Positions 12,348 to 24,720 of a DNA stretch of 64,000 nt are shown here, piece after piece. Each line of letters opens with the position of its first letter. Positions within the stretch are counted from its first letter, which is position 1. Source of the DNA: Octopus sinensis (taxonomy: Eukaryota); NCBI RefSeq assembly GCF_006345805.1, contig NC_043020.1, forward strand, positions 26,598,001-26,662,000, written 5' to 3'. The notes beneath the pieces are model-generated. The model worked only from the letters and a program-made list of their open reading frames with translations, ran no database searches and was not told where the DNA came from. A program made the translations under genes and the position numbers.

Positions 12348-13826
12348 ATGGAACCTACTTACCTTGTTTTTGTTCGAAGATTGGCTGTCCCTGTATGTGT
12401 GTGTGTATACACAGATAATCATGTCTACAATTGTATACATATGTTTGTGGAATTTTGAGTGTGTGTATAAAATACAAGAAACGTGGTATTTTATATTTTA
12501 TGTAACATTCACATGTTTGATGAACTACTGCTAGGATTACATAACCTTGTTGAAACATAAAATCTTTTTAAAACACCTCTTCAGTGTTTAGCAAACTGAT
12601 ATATTTGTGTGTACATTTAGAATGTGGCTGCATAAGTGTCATCTATATATGTGTCTGCAGATGTATATAAATGTTTCAATAGCTGTGTGTATGCAGAAAT
12701 ATTATACATGTCTGTGTGTGTGTGTATATGTAAAGGCTTGTATATATTTAGGTTTGCTGTTTATATAAAGTACGAAGTACATATAATTTTCATATAAATG
12801 CATTTATGGGGGACAGACATTGTCTGGTGTTTAAGAAGTTTGTCTTGTCATTGCAACATCTTGGGTTTGATTTGCATTGCATCTTGGGTAAATTTTTTGT
12901 TTATTTTTTTTATTTACCTTAAGCCTTGGTTTGGGTGATTCCAATCTTTGAAGTGAAATTTTGTTGACAGAAACTGCATGGAATCCCATTGGATTATTTA
13001 TGGATTCATTTTGGTTTTGGCTGAAGATTATTGCATTAAGGATGTGCATGTCTTAGGAGTACTCAACCACAAGCGGATTGTATCTCTACCTCAAAGGACT
13101 AGATTTGCCATGTACTGTGGCAAACAGATCATTGACAGGATTGATCATTTCAAGGACACATATGGATATTTATTGAGGCAGATTTTCAATGGCTGGATGC
13201 TCTTCCTGTTGCCAACAATCAACCGGACATGTTTTCACAGAAGATTGGATATAAACAACAGTATTTGTATGGATGGCAACATTTATTTTACAACTGTTGC
13301 AGGGTGGTGATGACAAGACAAAGAGACACAAATGCACATACACACACACATGTATATATACACATGATGATTGCTTCATCTTGAGAGTTGATAGCTGTCC
13401 AATCACCACACACACCACACCCCATCACACAGTGCAATCACTCCATTGATGAGTCCTCAAATGGCTTTTAAGACCAGCTGCTGGCTAACAGGGTTTAAAA
13501 CACAAGTGACAGATATTATTCAAGTTATTTCTTCATCTTTGCCCTTTGGAATCTGATTCTGAAGGCAAGTTTTTCTGAACTAGCACATGTCTTTTAAGTC
13601 CAGATATTGTCTTACAAGTTTTCTGACATACACACATGTGTGTGATGAGTTCTTTTTAGTTTCTGTCTTCCAAATTCTCTTACAAGGTTTTGTTCAGCTT
13701 CTGGAGTGCTATTGTAGAAGACACTTGTCCAAGGTGCCACACACAAGGACTGAACCTGAAGCCACATGGCCACTCTGTATCAATATGTCCTTATGTCCTT
13801 ATATGTACATCAATATGTGGTGTGTG

Positions 13827-14040
13827 AAGGCGGCGAGCTGGCAGAATCTTTAGCACACCGGGCAAAATGCTTAGCGATATTTCGTCTGTCTTTATGTTCT
13901 GAGTTCAAATTCCACTGGGGTCGACTTTGCTTTTCATCCTTTCGGGGTCGATTAAATAAGTACCAGTTGCATACTGGGGTCGATCTAATCGACTAGCCCA
14001 CTCCCCCAAAATTTAGAGCCTTGTGTCTACAGTAGAAAAG
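13827..14040 (+). mobile_element. SINE family A, full length with 15-bp TSD
   Basis: AATATGTGGTGTGTG at 13812-13826 and 14041-14055. Confidence 0.92.
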
Positions 14041-16572
14041 AATATGTGGTGTGTGTTTTTGAGTGTATGTATGTATGGGTGTGTGTGTGTGAGACCAACC
14101 CATGCCAGCATAGATAATGGACGTTAAATGATGATGATGATGATGATGATGATGTTAATGCTTGTGTGTTTGTGTGTGTGTCATTGTTTATATGTACGTT
14201 TGTCAGTGTCTGTCTGTTGTGTCACCGTCTCCATTTTTTTCTTCTTCAGCGCCAAATAAATGGCACAACTCCCCTCTCTGCGCCTCATTCACCCCCCGCC
14301 CCCCACACCAGACAAATTCAACATGGTTGAGTTGTGTAACTTGCCTAATCACTTAATGCCAGCATTTTGGGCGAATGGTGGCGGGGTAGTGTTTAGGGTG
14401 GAAGAAATACCTCGGGGAGGAAGAGGAAGATGGTGAAGAGGAATGGATGGTTTAAGATTGACTGGGGACCTAAGAATGGTCTGGTGGTGATGGTAGGGTG
14501 TTTAATAGGTGGAAGAGATATCTTGAAGATGGGTGGGGGGAAGTGACTGGTAATGTGGGGGTGGATGGTTGGAGGTGGGGGAAGTCTGAACGAAAAAGAG
14601 GAGGAGGCTGAAGATGAATGGGTGGGGATGTGGGTGGTCTGGGACAGCTGTGTCACTTAACAATGGAACATTCTTGCAAAAGCGATGGGTGGTGGTGGTG
14701 GTCGTGGTGGGAGGGCGTTCTGTTTCGTTTAATATTTTGTTCCATCTCCGCAGTTAATCGCTCCCGGCACCCCCACCCCACACCCTACCCGCCTCGCAGA
14801 TTTTCTTAATCTTCCCCCCACCCACCCCTGCTAGCTTCCTAACACTAAACACAGACATAATTTGTACACGTGTTTGCAGATGCATGTATATATTTATGTG
14901 TGTCTGTGTGCATATATGTGCGGGTGTTTATATATGTATGTATTTGTGTGTGCGTTTGTGTATATATATATATATATGTATTTGTATGTATGTATGTATG
15001 TTTGTGTGTAAATGTGTATCTATATATGTATGTATTCCTGTATTTGTGTGTGTATGTGTTAATATCTATGTATATAGATACACGTGTGTGAGTGTATATA
15101 TATATATACATATATACACATACACACAGGTATGTATAAGCATACATATGTATGAACACACATACACACATATATGCACACTCACCTGTACATGTGCGTT
15201 TATATATATATATATATACATATAAATATATATATATATATATACACTCATATATATATATACATGTACTCACATATACGTGTGTCTGTGTGTGTGTGTA
15301 TATATGTATATACACATATATATATAGGCCCGTGTATGTATATATTGACAAATCTGTGCACACGAGTGTATTCTTCTGTCCCGTTCAGCTTGCCAATTTG
15401 TCTTTGTTTATCACACAAATGCGATTGTGGTTCTGATGATAGCTGTAATGGTTTTCCTGGTATTTCTTTCAAATTCTTCCCTCAAACGATTTTCTTTCTT
15501 TCTTTCCTTTCCTTCATTCATTCATTCTTTCTCTCTTTCCTCTTTTTTCAGTCATTCTCTCCTTTTCTTTAAACACTTTCAGCTTTTCTTTCTCCATAAC
15601 ACCACCACCACCACCACACTTATCCTCATCCCCCAACCCACCCCACAACCCAGTCGCTGCCATTTCATTCTACACACACCATCTCAATACCTCATCATTA
15701 TCCGCTTCTCTCTACTGTCGAAGTTTCCGTACTTTCTTCTTCATTTTCGTCTAATTCCTTTGATTACTTCATTTCTACTCCTGCCTACACTAGCATCTAA
15801 TTTCAGATTCTTTTTCTCTTTCAACGGCTGCCCTACTTTCACTTTCACTTTGCCCCCCCCCCCACAACCACCTTTCTTCATTTCTTTCACTCCCTTTCTT
15901 TCCCTCTCTCTCCACCTCTCTCTCAACAAGCTCAGTTTTATTATCCTGTGTAAATAAATACATCCATCTACTCAGTCATTCTATTCAGAATCTCTTGTAG
16001 TGGTGGTGGTGTGTAGTTCGGCGAAGTGTGGTGGTGACATTCACTCACTTTCCTGTCTGTCTGTTTTTACGTTTCTAAGCCTGTGTCATGTTCTCCTCAC
16101 CTTCCCTCCTTCTCTCCCCACTCTCCTTCATCTCCCTCGCTTCCACCTACCCCCACCACTTTCACCCACCCACCCCCACACCATTTCCAATATCACATTC
16201 CAATCAATTTTGCAGCGTTAATGGTTTCTTACATCATCGGCACAGCGCCGCAAAAATTCATAATACGGCGTATTTAAGAGGAGAGACGAGACGAGACGCG
16301 ACGCGAGGTATAATCAATTGTATTGCTCCTGCCGACTTTCTCCCTCCTGCCTTCTCCCCCTCCCCACTTCTCCCTCCCTTACCGATATTTACTAATAATC
16401 TCCTTTGAAGAAACGAAAGTGAAACAGACAAATTCGACTTTGACACGGCGTGACATGATGTGACAAGGATTGAACTTGTAATTCATTGAATTGAATTTCG
16501 TTTGTCTGTCGTGTACTTTGAAAGGTTTAGAGGTCAGCAGTGATGATGTTTCTCTTTTTCATTTTTGTTTTT

Positions 16573-16953
16573 TATGGTTCCGAGTTCAGTCCCACTGCAT
16601 GACACCTTGGGCAAGTGTCTTCTACTATAGCCTCAGGCCGACTAAAGCCTTGTGAGTGGATTTGGTAGACGGAAACTGAAAGAAGCCCGTTGTATAAATG
16701 TATGTATATATATATATGTGTGTGTATTTGTGTGTCTGTGTGTGTATATTTGTGTGTCTGTGTTTGTCCCCCCAATATTGCTTGACAACCGATGCTGGTG
16801 TGTTTACGTCCTCGTGACTTAGCGGTTCGGAAAAAGAGACCAATAGAATAAGTACTAGGCTTACAAAGAATAAGTCCCGGGGTCGATTTGCTCGACTAAA
16901 GGCGGTGCTCCAGCATGGCCACAGTCAAATGACTGAAACAAGTAAAAGGGTAA
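16573..16953 (+). mobile_element. SINE family B, slightly 5'-truncated
   Basis: Collinear with 40108-40520, including the internal TA/TG tract and the GACTGAAACAAGTAAAAG tail. Confidence 0.88.
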
Positions 16954-16962
16954 CATATATTT

Positions 16963-17223
16963 GTGACTAAGGTTTTAATTCAGAACTTATGAAAACAAGA
17001 CATTTGTACTACAAAGCCAGAACTGGTTTCAACTGGGTTGGTATCAAAAGGGTTACACCTTTTCCTTCAAACACTCATTCGTCAAAATCGAACCCAGACT
17101 CATGCTACTTACCACACAGCCACTCCTACGCCTTAAGTTATTTTACTAAATTCTTTGTTGTATTCAAGATAATTGTAAGAAACACAGAGCATCTCAAAAT
17201 AAATACTGTAACAAAAGGGTTAA
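16963..17223. mobile_element. Two MITE family 1 fragments in opposite orientation
   Basis: 16963-17055 ends in AAAAGGGTTA and 17133-17223 ends in AAAAGGGTTAA; each matches part of 11352-11566 or 40854-41083. Confidence 0.65.
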
Positions 17224-17259
17224 AAGAAAAGATAGAAGAAGCTGCATCTATTTGTGATG

Positions 17260-17770
17260 GATGCTTGACGGTAATTTGAATCCAGATATGGATTATGCTA
17301 CGAAATCGCAAGGGGGGTGGGGACTGGATTTTTATTTTGCCTCGTATTGGACAAATGTGTCTCTTGATTACACACTTTTCTATGGGATTGAAGCATGGAC
17401 TTGCTACTACAGACGTATAAAGAAACTTGAAACCTTTCATATGTGCTGTCTGCACAATATCTGCAACATAAAATGGCAAGAATAAGATATCAGATGTCTG
17501 AATTTTAGAAGAATGCGATATCTCCAATATTGAATGCATGCTGCTAAGAATTCATTGCAAATGGGCAGGACGTGTTCAAATACAAGATGAGTGCATTCTG
17601 GATATTCTTTTGTATGGTCATCAAGTAGAGGGATTCTGCAGTAAAGGATGGCCCCTGCTTAGGTATAAGACTAAGTTGAAGCAATTACTTAAATCCCTTC
17701 AGTTTAATTATATCTCTAGGGAAAGTTATTCCCTAAAATGTACCATGATGCATCTAAGCAATTGTCAACA
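17260..17770 (+). mobile_element. RTE-clade LINE ORF C-terminal fragment, degenerate
   Basis: TLFYGIEAWTCYYRRIKKLETFHMCCLHNICNIKWQ and MLLRIHCKWAGRVQ..ILLYG..GWPLLRYKTKLK match the RTE pattern LLYGxETWT..LExFHxRCLRxILxIxW..LRWAGHV..LYG..GRPxxRYKD. Confidence 0.85.
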
Positions 17771-17790
17771 AATTATATCCTGCAATTAAC

Positions 17791-17824
<34 letters not shown>

Positions 17825-18010
17825 ATAGTAGTAGTAGTAGTCTTTCTATAAGTACAATGCCTGAAATTTTGCAGGAAGCGTACCCCTGGGAAAAGGCAAG
17901 GCCAAGTCAAACCTTGGCAGGATTTGAACAGAGAATGTAAAGACACATGAAATGCTGTCACTAATTACTTTGTCTGGTAGCTAACAATTCACTTTCTTAA
18001 TAATAATAAT

Positions 18011-18262
18011 GTGGAGGTACGTGGCTTTGTGGTTAGGGTGTCAGCGTCATGATCGTAAGATTGTGGTTTCGATACCTGGACCGGGCGACGCATTGAGTTC
18101 TTGGGCAAAACACTACATTTCACATTGCTCCAGTCCACTCAGCTGGCAAAAATGAGTAACGCTGCGATGGATTGCTGTCCCGTCCAGCTGGGGAACACAT
18201 ACACCACAGAAACCAGGAAACCGGGCCCATGAGCCAGGCTAGGCTTTAAAAGGGCGCATTTA
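18011..18262 (+). mobile_element. SINE family D (tRNA head, V-domain-like core)
   Basis: GTGGCTTTGTGG and GGTTTCGATACC A/B-box-like motifs; GCGATGGATTGCTGTCCCGTCCAG core; homologues at 19975-20200 and 60400-60540 (minus). Confidence 0.75.
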
Positions 18263-18317
18263 TTTATTTATTAATAATATTATTAATAATAATAATAATA
18301 AGAAGAAGAAGAAGAAT

Positions 18318-18533
18318 AAAATGTTTTCTGATTTTTGCACAAGACAAGCAATTTTGGCAAGACAGTGTAAATCAATACCACTGACCCCAGTATTTTACTG
18401 GTACTTTATCTCATTGACCCCCAAATAAATTAAAGGCAAAGCTGACTTCGGTGGCATTTGAACTCAGAATGTCAAGACAGACAAAATGCTGCTGAGTATT
18501 TTGTGTGCTAATGTTTTCTGCCAGTCCACTGCC

Positions 18534-18534
<1 letters not shown>
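18318..18534 (-). mobile_element. SINE family A, older copy between (AAT)n/(AAG)n tracts
   Basis: Reverse-complement match to the family A body. Confidence 0.75.
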
Positions 18535-18572
<38 letters not shown>

Positions 18573-19602
18573 TTTATGAGAATATATAAAATGCATGGCA
18601 GGCATGTTTGGAATGGTTTTGATCATGGATCACTGACCAAGGGCTAAATGACATCAGCACATTACATTGTGTAGTCTAAGGTATGCTGGGTCTGAAATAA
18701 AAAAAAAAAAAAGAAAAATATTAAAAAAATCAAAACGTTATTGTCCTGACTGGAATCTCTTTGATTAGAGTTCTTGCAGGATCACAACAGCAAGAACAGC
18801 ATGACTAACTATAGCTGCGAACCTTCACCTTCTCTCATGATGTGGCAGCGGCAATGGGAGGCTGAGAAATCGCCTTAATTATGTTTTTAATTTCTATTAA
18901 AAGTAAAAAAAAAAGAAGAAAAAAGAAATTAATATAATGCTCGTCTGTGAAAATAGTTATTTTAAAAACACAAAAAAAAAATAGCAAAAATTGAAATTTA
19001 AAGAAAAAAAAAATTCCCCTCTTCAACACCTTCCCCCCACTTCTGTAATTTCAACTTGAAATCATTTCTCTCTTCTCCTCACTTCATCTTTATTTTCATC
19101 CTCTTCCAGCTCTCTGTTTCTACTTTCACTTTTGGTAATCCCATCCTTACATCTCTCTTTCTCATACCTCTCCTTATGCTTTCTCTTCTTTCTTGCTTTT
19201 TCTCCCATGTTTCTCATTTTTCTTCCACTCACCCTGACCTTGCTCACCTGCTTTCCCTCCTCTACATCACTCTATTTCACTGTTACTTACACCCTCATCT
19301 CTCCCCTCTCTCACCACTTGCACTCCACTTACTCTCCATTAACCACCTAGTCTTACAGTTCAAAGAGTTCATTTTTCACATTTACAATACAGCAGCAACA
19401 ACAAAATAACACATTCCATTCTCACTTTCTCTCTCAGCACTAACTGTTAAATTATTATTATTATTATTACTATTATTATTTTATGATTACTATTTTCAAT
19501 CTATAAAGAAAGAAAAAACTCACCAAAATTGCTCTTATTTTTATAATTCTTTCTCTTTGAAGAACACTTGATTCTTCTTACCATTCATATTGTTAAAATT
19601 AA

Positions 19603-19810
19603 GGCAGCCAGGTAGCAAGATTATGCCAGACAAAAAGCTTAACATTATTTCTCCCTGCTTTTTAAATTCTGAGTTCAAATCCTGCTTAGGCCGACTTTGA
19701 CTTACATCTTTTTGAGATAGATATTAAAATGTACCTGTCAATTACCTGTGTCGATATAATCAACTTCCAATTATTATTGCTGGCCTTGGGCCAAAATTAG
19801 AAATAATTAT
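19603..19810 (+). mobile_element. SINE family A, diverged
   Basis: TTCTGAGTTCAAATCC..GACTTTGAC..CATCTTTT. Confidence 0.6.
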
Positions 19811-19974
19811 TGTCATTATTCATTTTGGCCCCACCCCTCAAATCCTCAGCAGAAGTAACATATACCCATTTCCCCAAAATAATCCACCCTTTAGTGTTTT
19901 TGTTTATCTTTAGATGTGATGGAGGCTGTTTTTTTTTTTTTCTATCTTTTTTATATTTGTTTTATTAATTTAGG

Positions 19975-20200
19975 AGTCACGTGGCCTGGTGTTTAGTGTG
20001 TTGCACTCGAGATCATTGGATCGTGGTTTCAATTCCTGGGTTAGGTGATGCATTTGCTTTCTTGGACAGCAACACATCATTTCACATTGTTCCAGTTCAT
20101 AGCTGGGGAGTTAACCCTGTGATGGACTAGCATCCCATCCAGTGGGTAGTGGGAGTATTGTTATCTCAGTCACTTTTATACTGGGGGGAAACCAAGTTAA
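19975..20200 (+). mobile_element. SINE family D, diverged
   Basis: Homologous to 18011-18262. Confidence 0.6.
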
Positions 20201-20344
20201 GCACCATTCTTACAAGTCTTGTGACCCTTCTTGACAGACCTAGACCCTAAATTCTATTAATTAAAAATATTTTTTATCCCTCCCTCTCAATACTTCCTTG
20301 CCCATCACTACATAATTGATATCCTAAAACCAAGGTACCAAATA

Positions 20345-20530
20345 AAAAGCACTGATGATGGTGCCATGTAGAACTCACCAAATACATTCTGGAAAGTGGT
20401 TGGCTTTAGGAAGGGCATCCAGCTGTAGAAATTGCCAAAACAAACTATGAAATCAGGTGCCATTTCCTGTGGAGCTGTCCAACCCATGCCAACATGGGAA
20501 ACGGACTTTAAATGGTGGTAACGATGATGA
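20345..20530 (+). mobile_element. SINE family C 3' part, diverged
   Basis: GGCTTTAGGAAGGGCATCCAGCTGTAGAA core and TCCAACCCATGCCAACATGG tail. Confidence 0.75.
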
Positions 20531-20613
20531 TTGATCTATCTCCATTTTGTTATCTGGTCAGTCATTGCTAAAAGCTTGCTAGAAATAGCAGCCAAATCAC
20601 ACATACACACACA

Positions 20614-20650
<37 letters not shown>

Positions 20651-20877
20651 AGTCTCTCTTTGTCTCTTGCCTATGGCCTTAAGTAAAAGTTCTTTCCCCA
20701 TCTCTGCAGTTGCCAAAAAATTAACAGCTATAGATATTGAGGTGATGGCCACAACTGGAATGCATCCAGCAGAGCTGAACCTGGTGCTAAGCAGCAACAA
20801 CAACAACAGCAGCTGTTACTGCTACTCTTACCACTATCACCACCACCACTACCACTACTACTACTATTACCAACATT

Positions 20878-21013
20878 GCTTGACAACCAATGCTAGTGTG
20901 TTTAAATCCCCATAACTTAGCGGTTCAGCAAAAGAGACCGATAGAATAAATACTAGGCTTACAAAGAATAAGTCCAGGGGTTGATTTGCTCGATTAAAGG
21001 CGGTGTTCCAGCA
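20878..21013 (+). mobile_element. SINE family B 3' fragment
   Basis: TTGACAACC..TAACTTAGCGGTTC..GAATAAGTCC..GGCGGTGTTCCAGCATG. Confidence 0.8.
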
Positions 21014-21042
21014 TGTGTGTGTGTATATATATATTACATATG

Positions 21043-21089
<47 letters not shown>

Positions 21090-21112
21090 TATATATATAT
21101 AATATAATATAT

Positions 21113-21309
21113 ATTCAAAAAGCAATAAGATTCAAGTTAATTTAAATGAATTTACTTGAATATGGTACCTAACTTAGATGCAACCAAAAAAAAACTATAC
21201 GGTTTTAACAATACAGTAATGTGGGGTGATTATAAGTGAGAAAGAAGCAACAAGAATGGATAGGTTTTTAGTACAAAAACCTATCCATTCTTGTTGCTTC
21301 TTTCTCGCG

Positions 21310-21310
<1 letters not shown>
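21113..21310. mobile_element. ~200-bp element between two (TA)n tracts, ending in a perfect 32-bp inverted repeat
   Basis: Arms 21238-21269 and 21275-21306 are exact reverse complements with a 5-nt loop (AGTAC); flanked on both sides by TA runs; the element identity is inferred. Confidence 0.6.
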
Positions 21311-21376
<66 letters not shown>

Positions 21377-21759
21377 GTATATATGTGCCAAATTAGAATT
21401 AGTGGAATATACATTTTATGTTATGAAGAGAAGAAAGAAGAAATTTCTAGTTCTGAGTTGATCATTTTGTTGGAGAGAGTGACAGACAGACAGACAGACA
21501 GACAAGGACAGACAGAATTATTTTATCTCTTTCCAAAGAAGAGTTCTACTGGAAATGTTGAGTCTTCCGTTCTTCCTCGTGGCCTGTATTTTTGGCTGGC
21601 GGAGAACTTTGCCACTTCCTTTGGATCCTACTCTACACATGTACACACACACACACACACACACATATGTGCGTGTGTATACATGTGTATATATATGTGT
21701 GTGTGTGTGTGTTTAGGTATATTCTGACTTATAAAACCAGCTTTTACAATTTCCATCAC

Positions 21760-21786
21760 TTGTACAACTACTACTACTACCACCAA

Positions 21787-21834
<48 letters not shown>

Positions 21835-21835
21835 C

Positions 21836-21888
<53 letters not shown>

Positions 21889-22037
21889 CACTGCTGCTGT
21901 TGCTACTGCTACTACTACTACTACTATTACTACTACTACTACCTTTACTACTACTGCTGCTGCTGCTACTACTATTACTACTGCTGCTGCTACTACTATT
22001 ACTGCTGTTGCTACTACTACTATTACTGCTGCTGTTG

Positions 22038-22075
<38 letters not shown>
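21760..22075. repeat. Compound trinucleotide tract (TAC/CAC/TGC)n
   Basis: Direct reading; source of the poly-Y, poly-L and poly-V ORFs. Confidence 0.95.
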
Positions 22076-22076
<1 letters not shown>

Positions 22077-24474
22077 CATGTTCCATTGTCATTATCCTTA
22101 ATTTTATATAATGAAAAAAAAACCCCATCCCTTTATTCTCCCCCTCTCTCCTTCGCACATCAGCACCCCCCCTGCCATCAATACCACCACCACCACCATC
22201 AGTGCAGGCTCCCTTGTTCCTCACTTGCTCCTCCTACCACCACCACCACCACCACCATCACCTTATCATTACCAATTTTCTTTATCTGCTCCTCCTCCTC
22301 CGCCTCCTCCTCCACCTCCTCCTCCACCTCCTCTTCCTCCTCCTCTTCTGCTGCTCTTTGTCATCCATGGGGGTCACAGACAGTCGCTAGTGTTGTTGCT
22401 TAAGTTACTGCTGCTGTTGTTGTTACATTCGTTTTATACAAAAAAAACGCTCTCTTTCTCTCTCTCCTATGCCCTTGCTCCCTGGCTCGCCTATTCCTCT
22501 CCCTTTCCTCCTACCCCCTCATCCCCCTCTAATTTTCGGATACCCTAATTATTCTTCTTCAGTATTTTCCTCTTCTTTGTTCACCCTGACCCAATCTCAT
22601 CCGCCCCTCCTCTCTAAAGCTCATCATAAAACCACGAGAAGGGATGGTGGGACTCTTTACTCTATGTACTACTTTGAGCCACTGGAAATAGCAGTCAAAG
22701 GATCTACCTCATTCCATACTAAAGTGTCACAAGAATAAGAGGGACACGCTGCACAGTGCAGTTGTTCCACCTTTGTCAAAAGTTCATCCATAGGCTTACG
22801 TCCGTTTTTCATTATGTTGGTCATCTCAGTCAGAATAAACATGTATCAAAAGAATAATTCTTGGCTAGACAGATTAGAGAAAATCCTCATCACAATTGCG
22901 TTTCATTTTTGGCTGGGTTTCTATGCCTGGATGCTCTTCCCAACACCATTGAATGTATAAAAGTTAATGTAAGTTGAAACAGCTGTAGGGTTGAGATTCA
23001 GAGGGTGCTTTTTATATGGCATTGGTATGGATGCTAGTCAGGCGGCACTGGCATCAGCCACACTCAAACTGTTTTTTACATGCCAGTCAGGTAGCACTGA
23101 CATTGGTCACACTCGAACGCCAGTGCTGGTGGTACATTGAAGATATATATATATATTATATATATATATATATATATACATACATCGTTGTAAATATATA
23201 TATGTATGTATACATATAATCATTGTTTGACTATTGTGCTATCAGGGCATGAAACTTATATTTGCTCACATTTAAATCCTATCTTTTCTCTTGATCCCAC
23301 CAATTGTCTAACAGTACATTGTGTGTGTGTGTGTATCGGCAAAAGAGACTGATAGAATAAATATTAAAGTTTACAAAGAAGTCCTGGAATTAATTTCTTC
23401 GACTAAAACCCTTTATGGCAGTGCTCTAGCATTACTCGCAGTCATATGACTGAAACAAGTAAAAGAAGAATAAAAGAATGGAAATGATAACAAGACGAAG
23501 AAACTTCTTTAACCCATCTTTTATGATTTGTTACAATTGTTTCCATAGCAACTTTATTTGCAACACCAGTTTGTGCAAAAAATTCAAAATGAAAATTTGC
23601 TTCATTTTTGTAGTTTTAGACATTAGAGTGGCCCTCCATCAGACTTGCATCAAAGGTGTGCTCACACACCTGTGGTGGTGTAGTGCAGATTATTTCACAG
23701 TCCTGTAGTAGTTTTGGGCTCTGTCCCTCTGCACTACTCTCTGATGAAGTGTCCTATGTTACAGCTTTGGGCCAAGGGCTGACCTATGCCTCAAGAATAA
23801 ATTTGGTTGATGGAAACTGTAGGAAGCTCATTATGTAGTGTGTGTGTTTCACGAATGTATTTCAGCAATGAATAATAAACATTGGTGGGAATAACGATGT
23901 TTTTTTTTTATGAAGTTCCTTCTGATATTTGTTCTGCAGCAAGTTACAATCACTCCCTTATTCTTGCTCCCAAAACAAAAATGCTGCATACCCATGATCG
24001 GTCCAATGGAAACTGTAATGAATGGCATTATAGTACACCAACACCCAAACATAAATTTAATGAATAAAATACAGTAAGAACTCCGATCTGTTTAATTGAC
24101 TATACTGTGTCTCACAATTGCTGGTCTCGTGCCAATGCTAGAAATCATAGCTATTATTTTCATTGCTTTCATTATTATTGTTATGTTTCACATTGATTTT
24201 ATTTTCTGTCTACACTAGCATGGGATGGTTTTATTTATGAGAACAATTGGTGCTTTTTTATGACTGGATATATTTTCTACTGTTAATCATTCATCCATGG
24301 AGTATTGTAGGGCAAGCAAAGCTAACTTTCTCTTTCCTTTTCTTTTTGCTTTTTTTTTTATATATATAAAAATTTTTTTTATGTTGTTCAGTCAGGCAAA
24401 CTAAAAGAAACAGAGTTACGTACCTTGCTCAGGGTCACCACCATATAAATCAGAAAATATGATATTTAGGTAAA

Positions 24475-24720
24475 TACAAGGGTGAGTCAAGTAATGCCAT
24501 TTTGTTTAGGACAGGTGTAATTACCAACACAGGAACATGTATCATACATCAAAATGAAGCTGGTCCTCTGTGGATCACATCCTTACTGCTCAACATAGTC
24601 ACTGTTTCTCTCAATAGCAATGTTCCATCTTCGAATGAGAGCATATATCCCTGCCCTGTAAAATTCTGTTGACTGTTCTTTGAGCTACTTCTTCACTACA
24701 GTTTTCACTTCCTCATCACT
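24475..24720 (-). mobile_element. Tc1/mariner transposon 3' remnant (transposase C-terminus plus one TIR)
   Basis: 24720-24583 minus reads SDEEVKTVVKK*LKEQSTEFYRAGIYALIRRWNIAIERNSDYVEQ*, the mariner C-terminal F/Y..GI..L..RW...I...GDYVE pattern; TA+CAAGGGTGAGTCAA TIR-like end at 24475. Confidence 0.8.

Noticed and set aside
12978-13310. 110-aa ORF with ordinary-looking composition
   Set aside because: It is stitched from decayed minus-strand SINE B and C fragments.
13440-13475. TTGATGAGTCC as a hammerhead remnant
   Set aside because: The core begins with T rather than C, and no GAAA or stem II partner follows.
18775-18880. Acceptor-like TTCTTGCAG followed by DHNSKNSMTNYSCEPSPSLMMWQRQWEAEKSP*
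   Set aside because: Short, unrecognised peptide, weak polypyrimidine tract and no partner exon.
21592-22548. Poly-Tyr/Cys, poly-Leu, poly-Val and poly-Pro ORFs
   Set aside because: Trinucleotide tracts open in several frames at once, with no splice or domain evidence.
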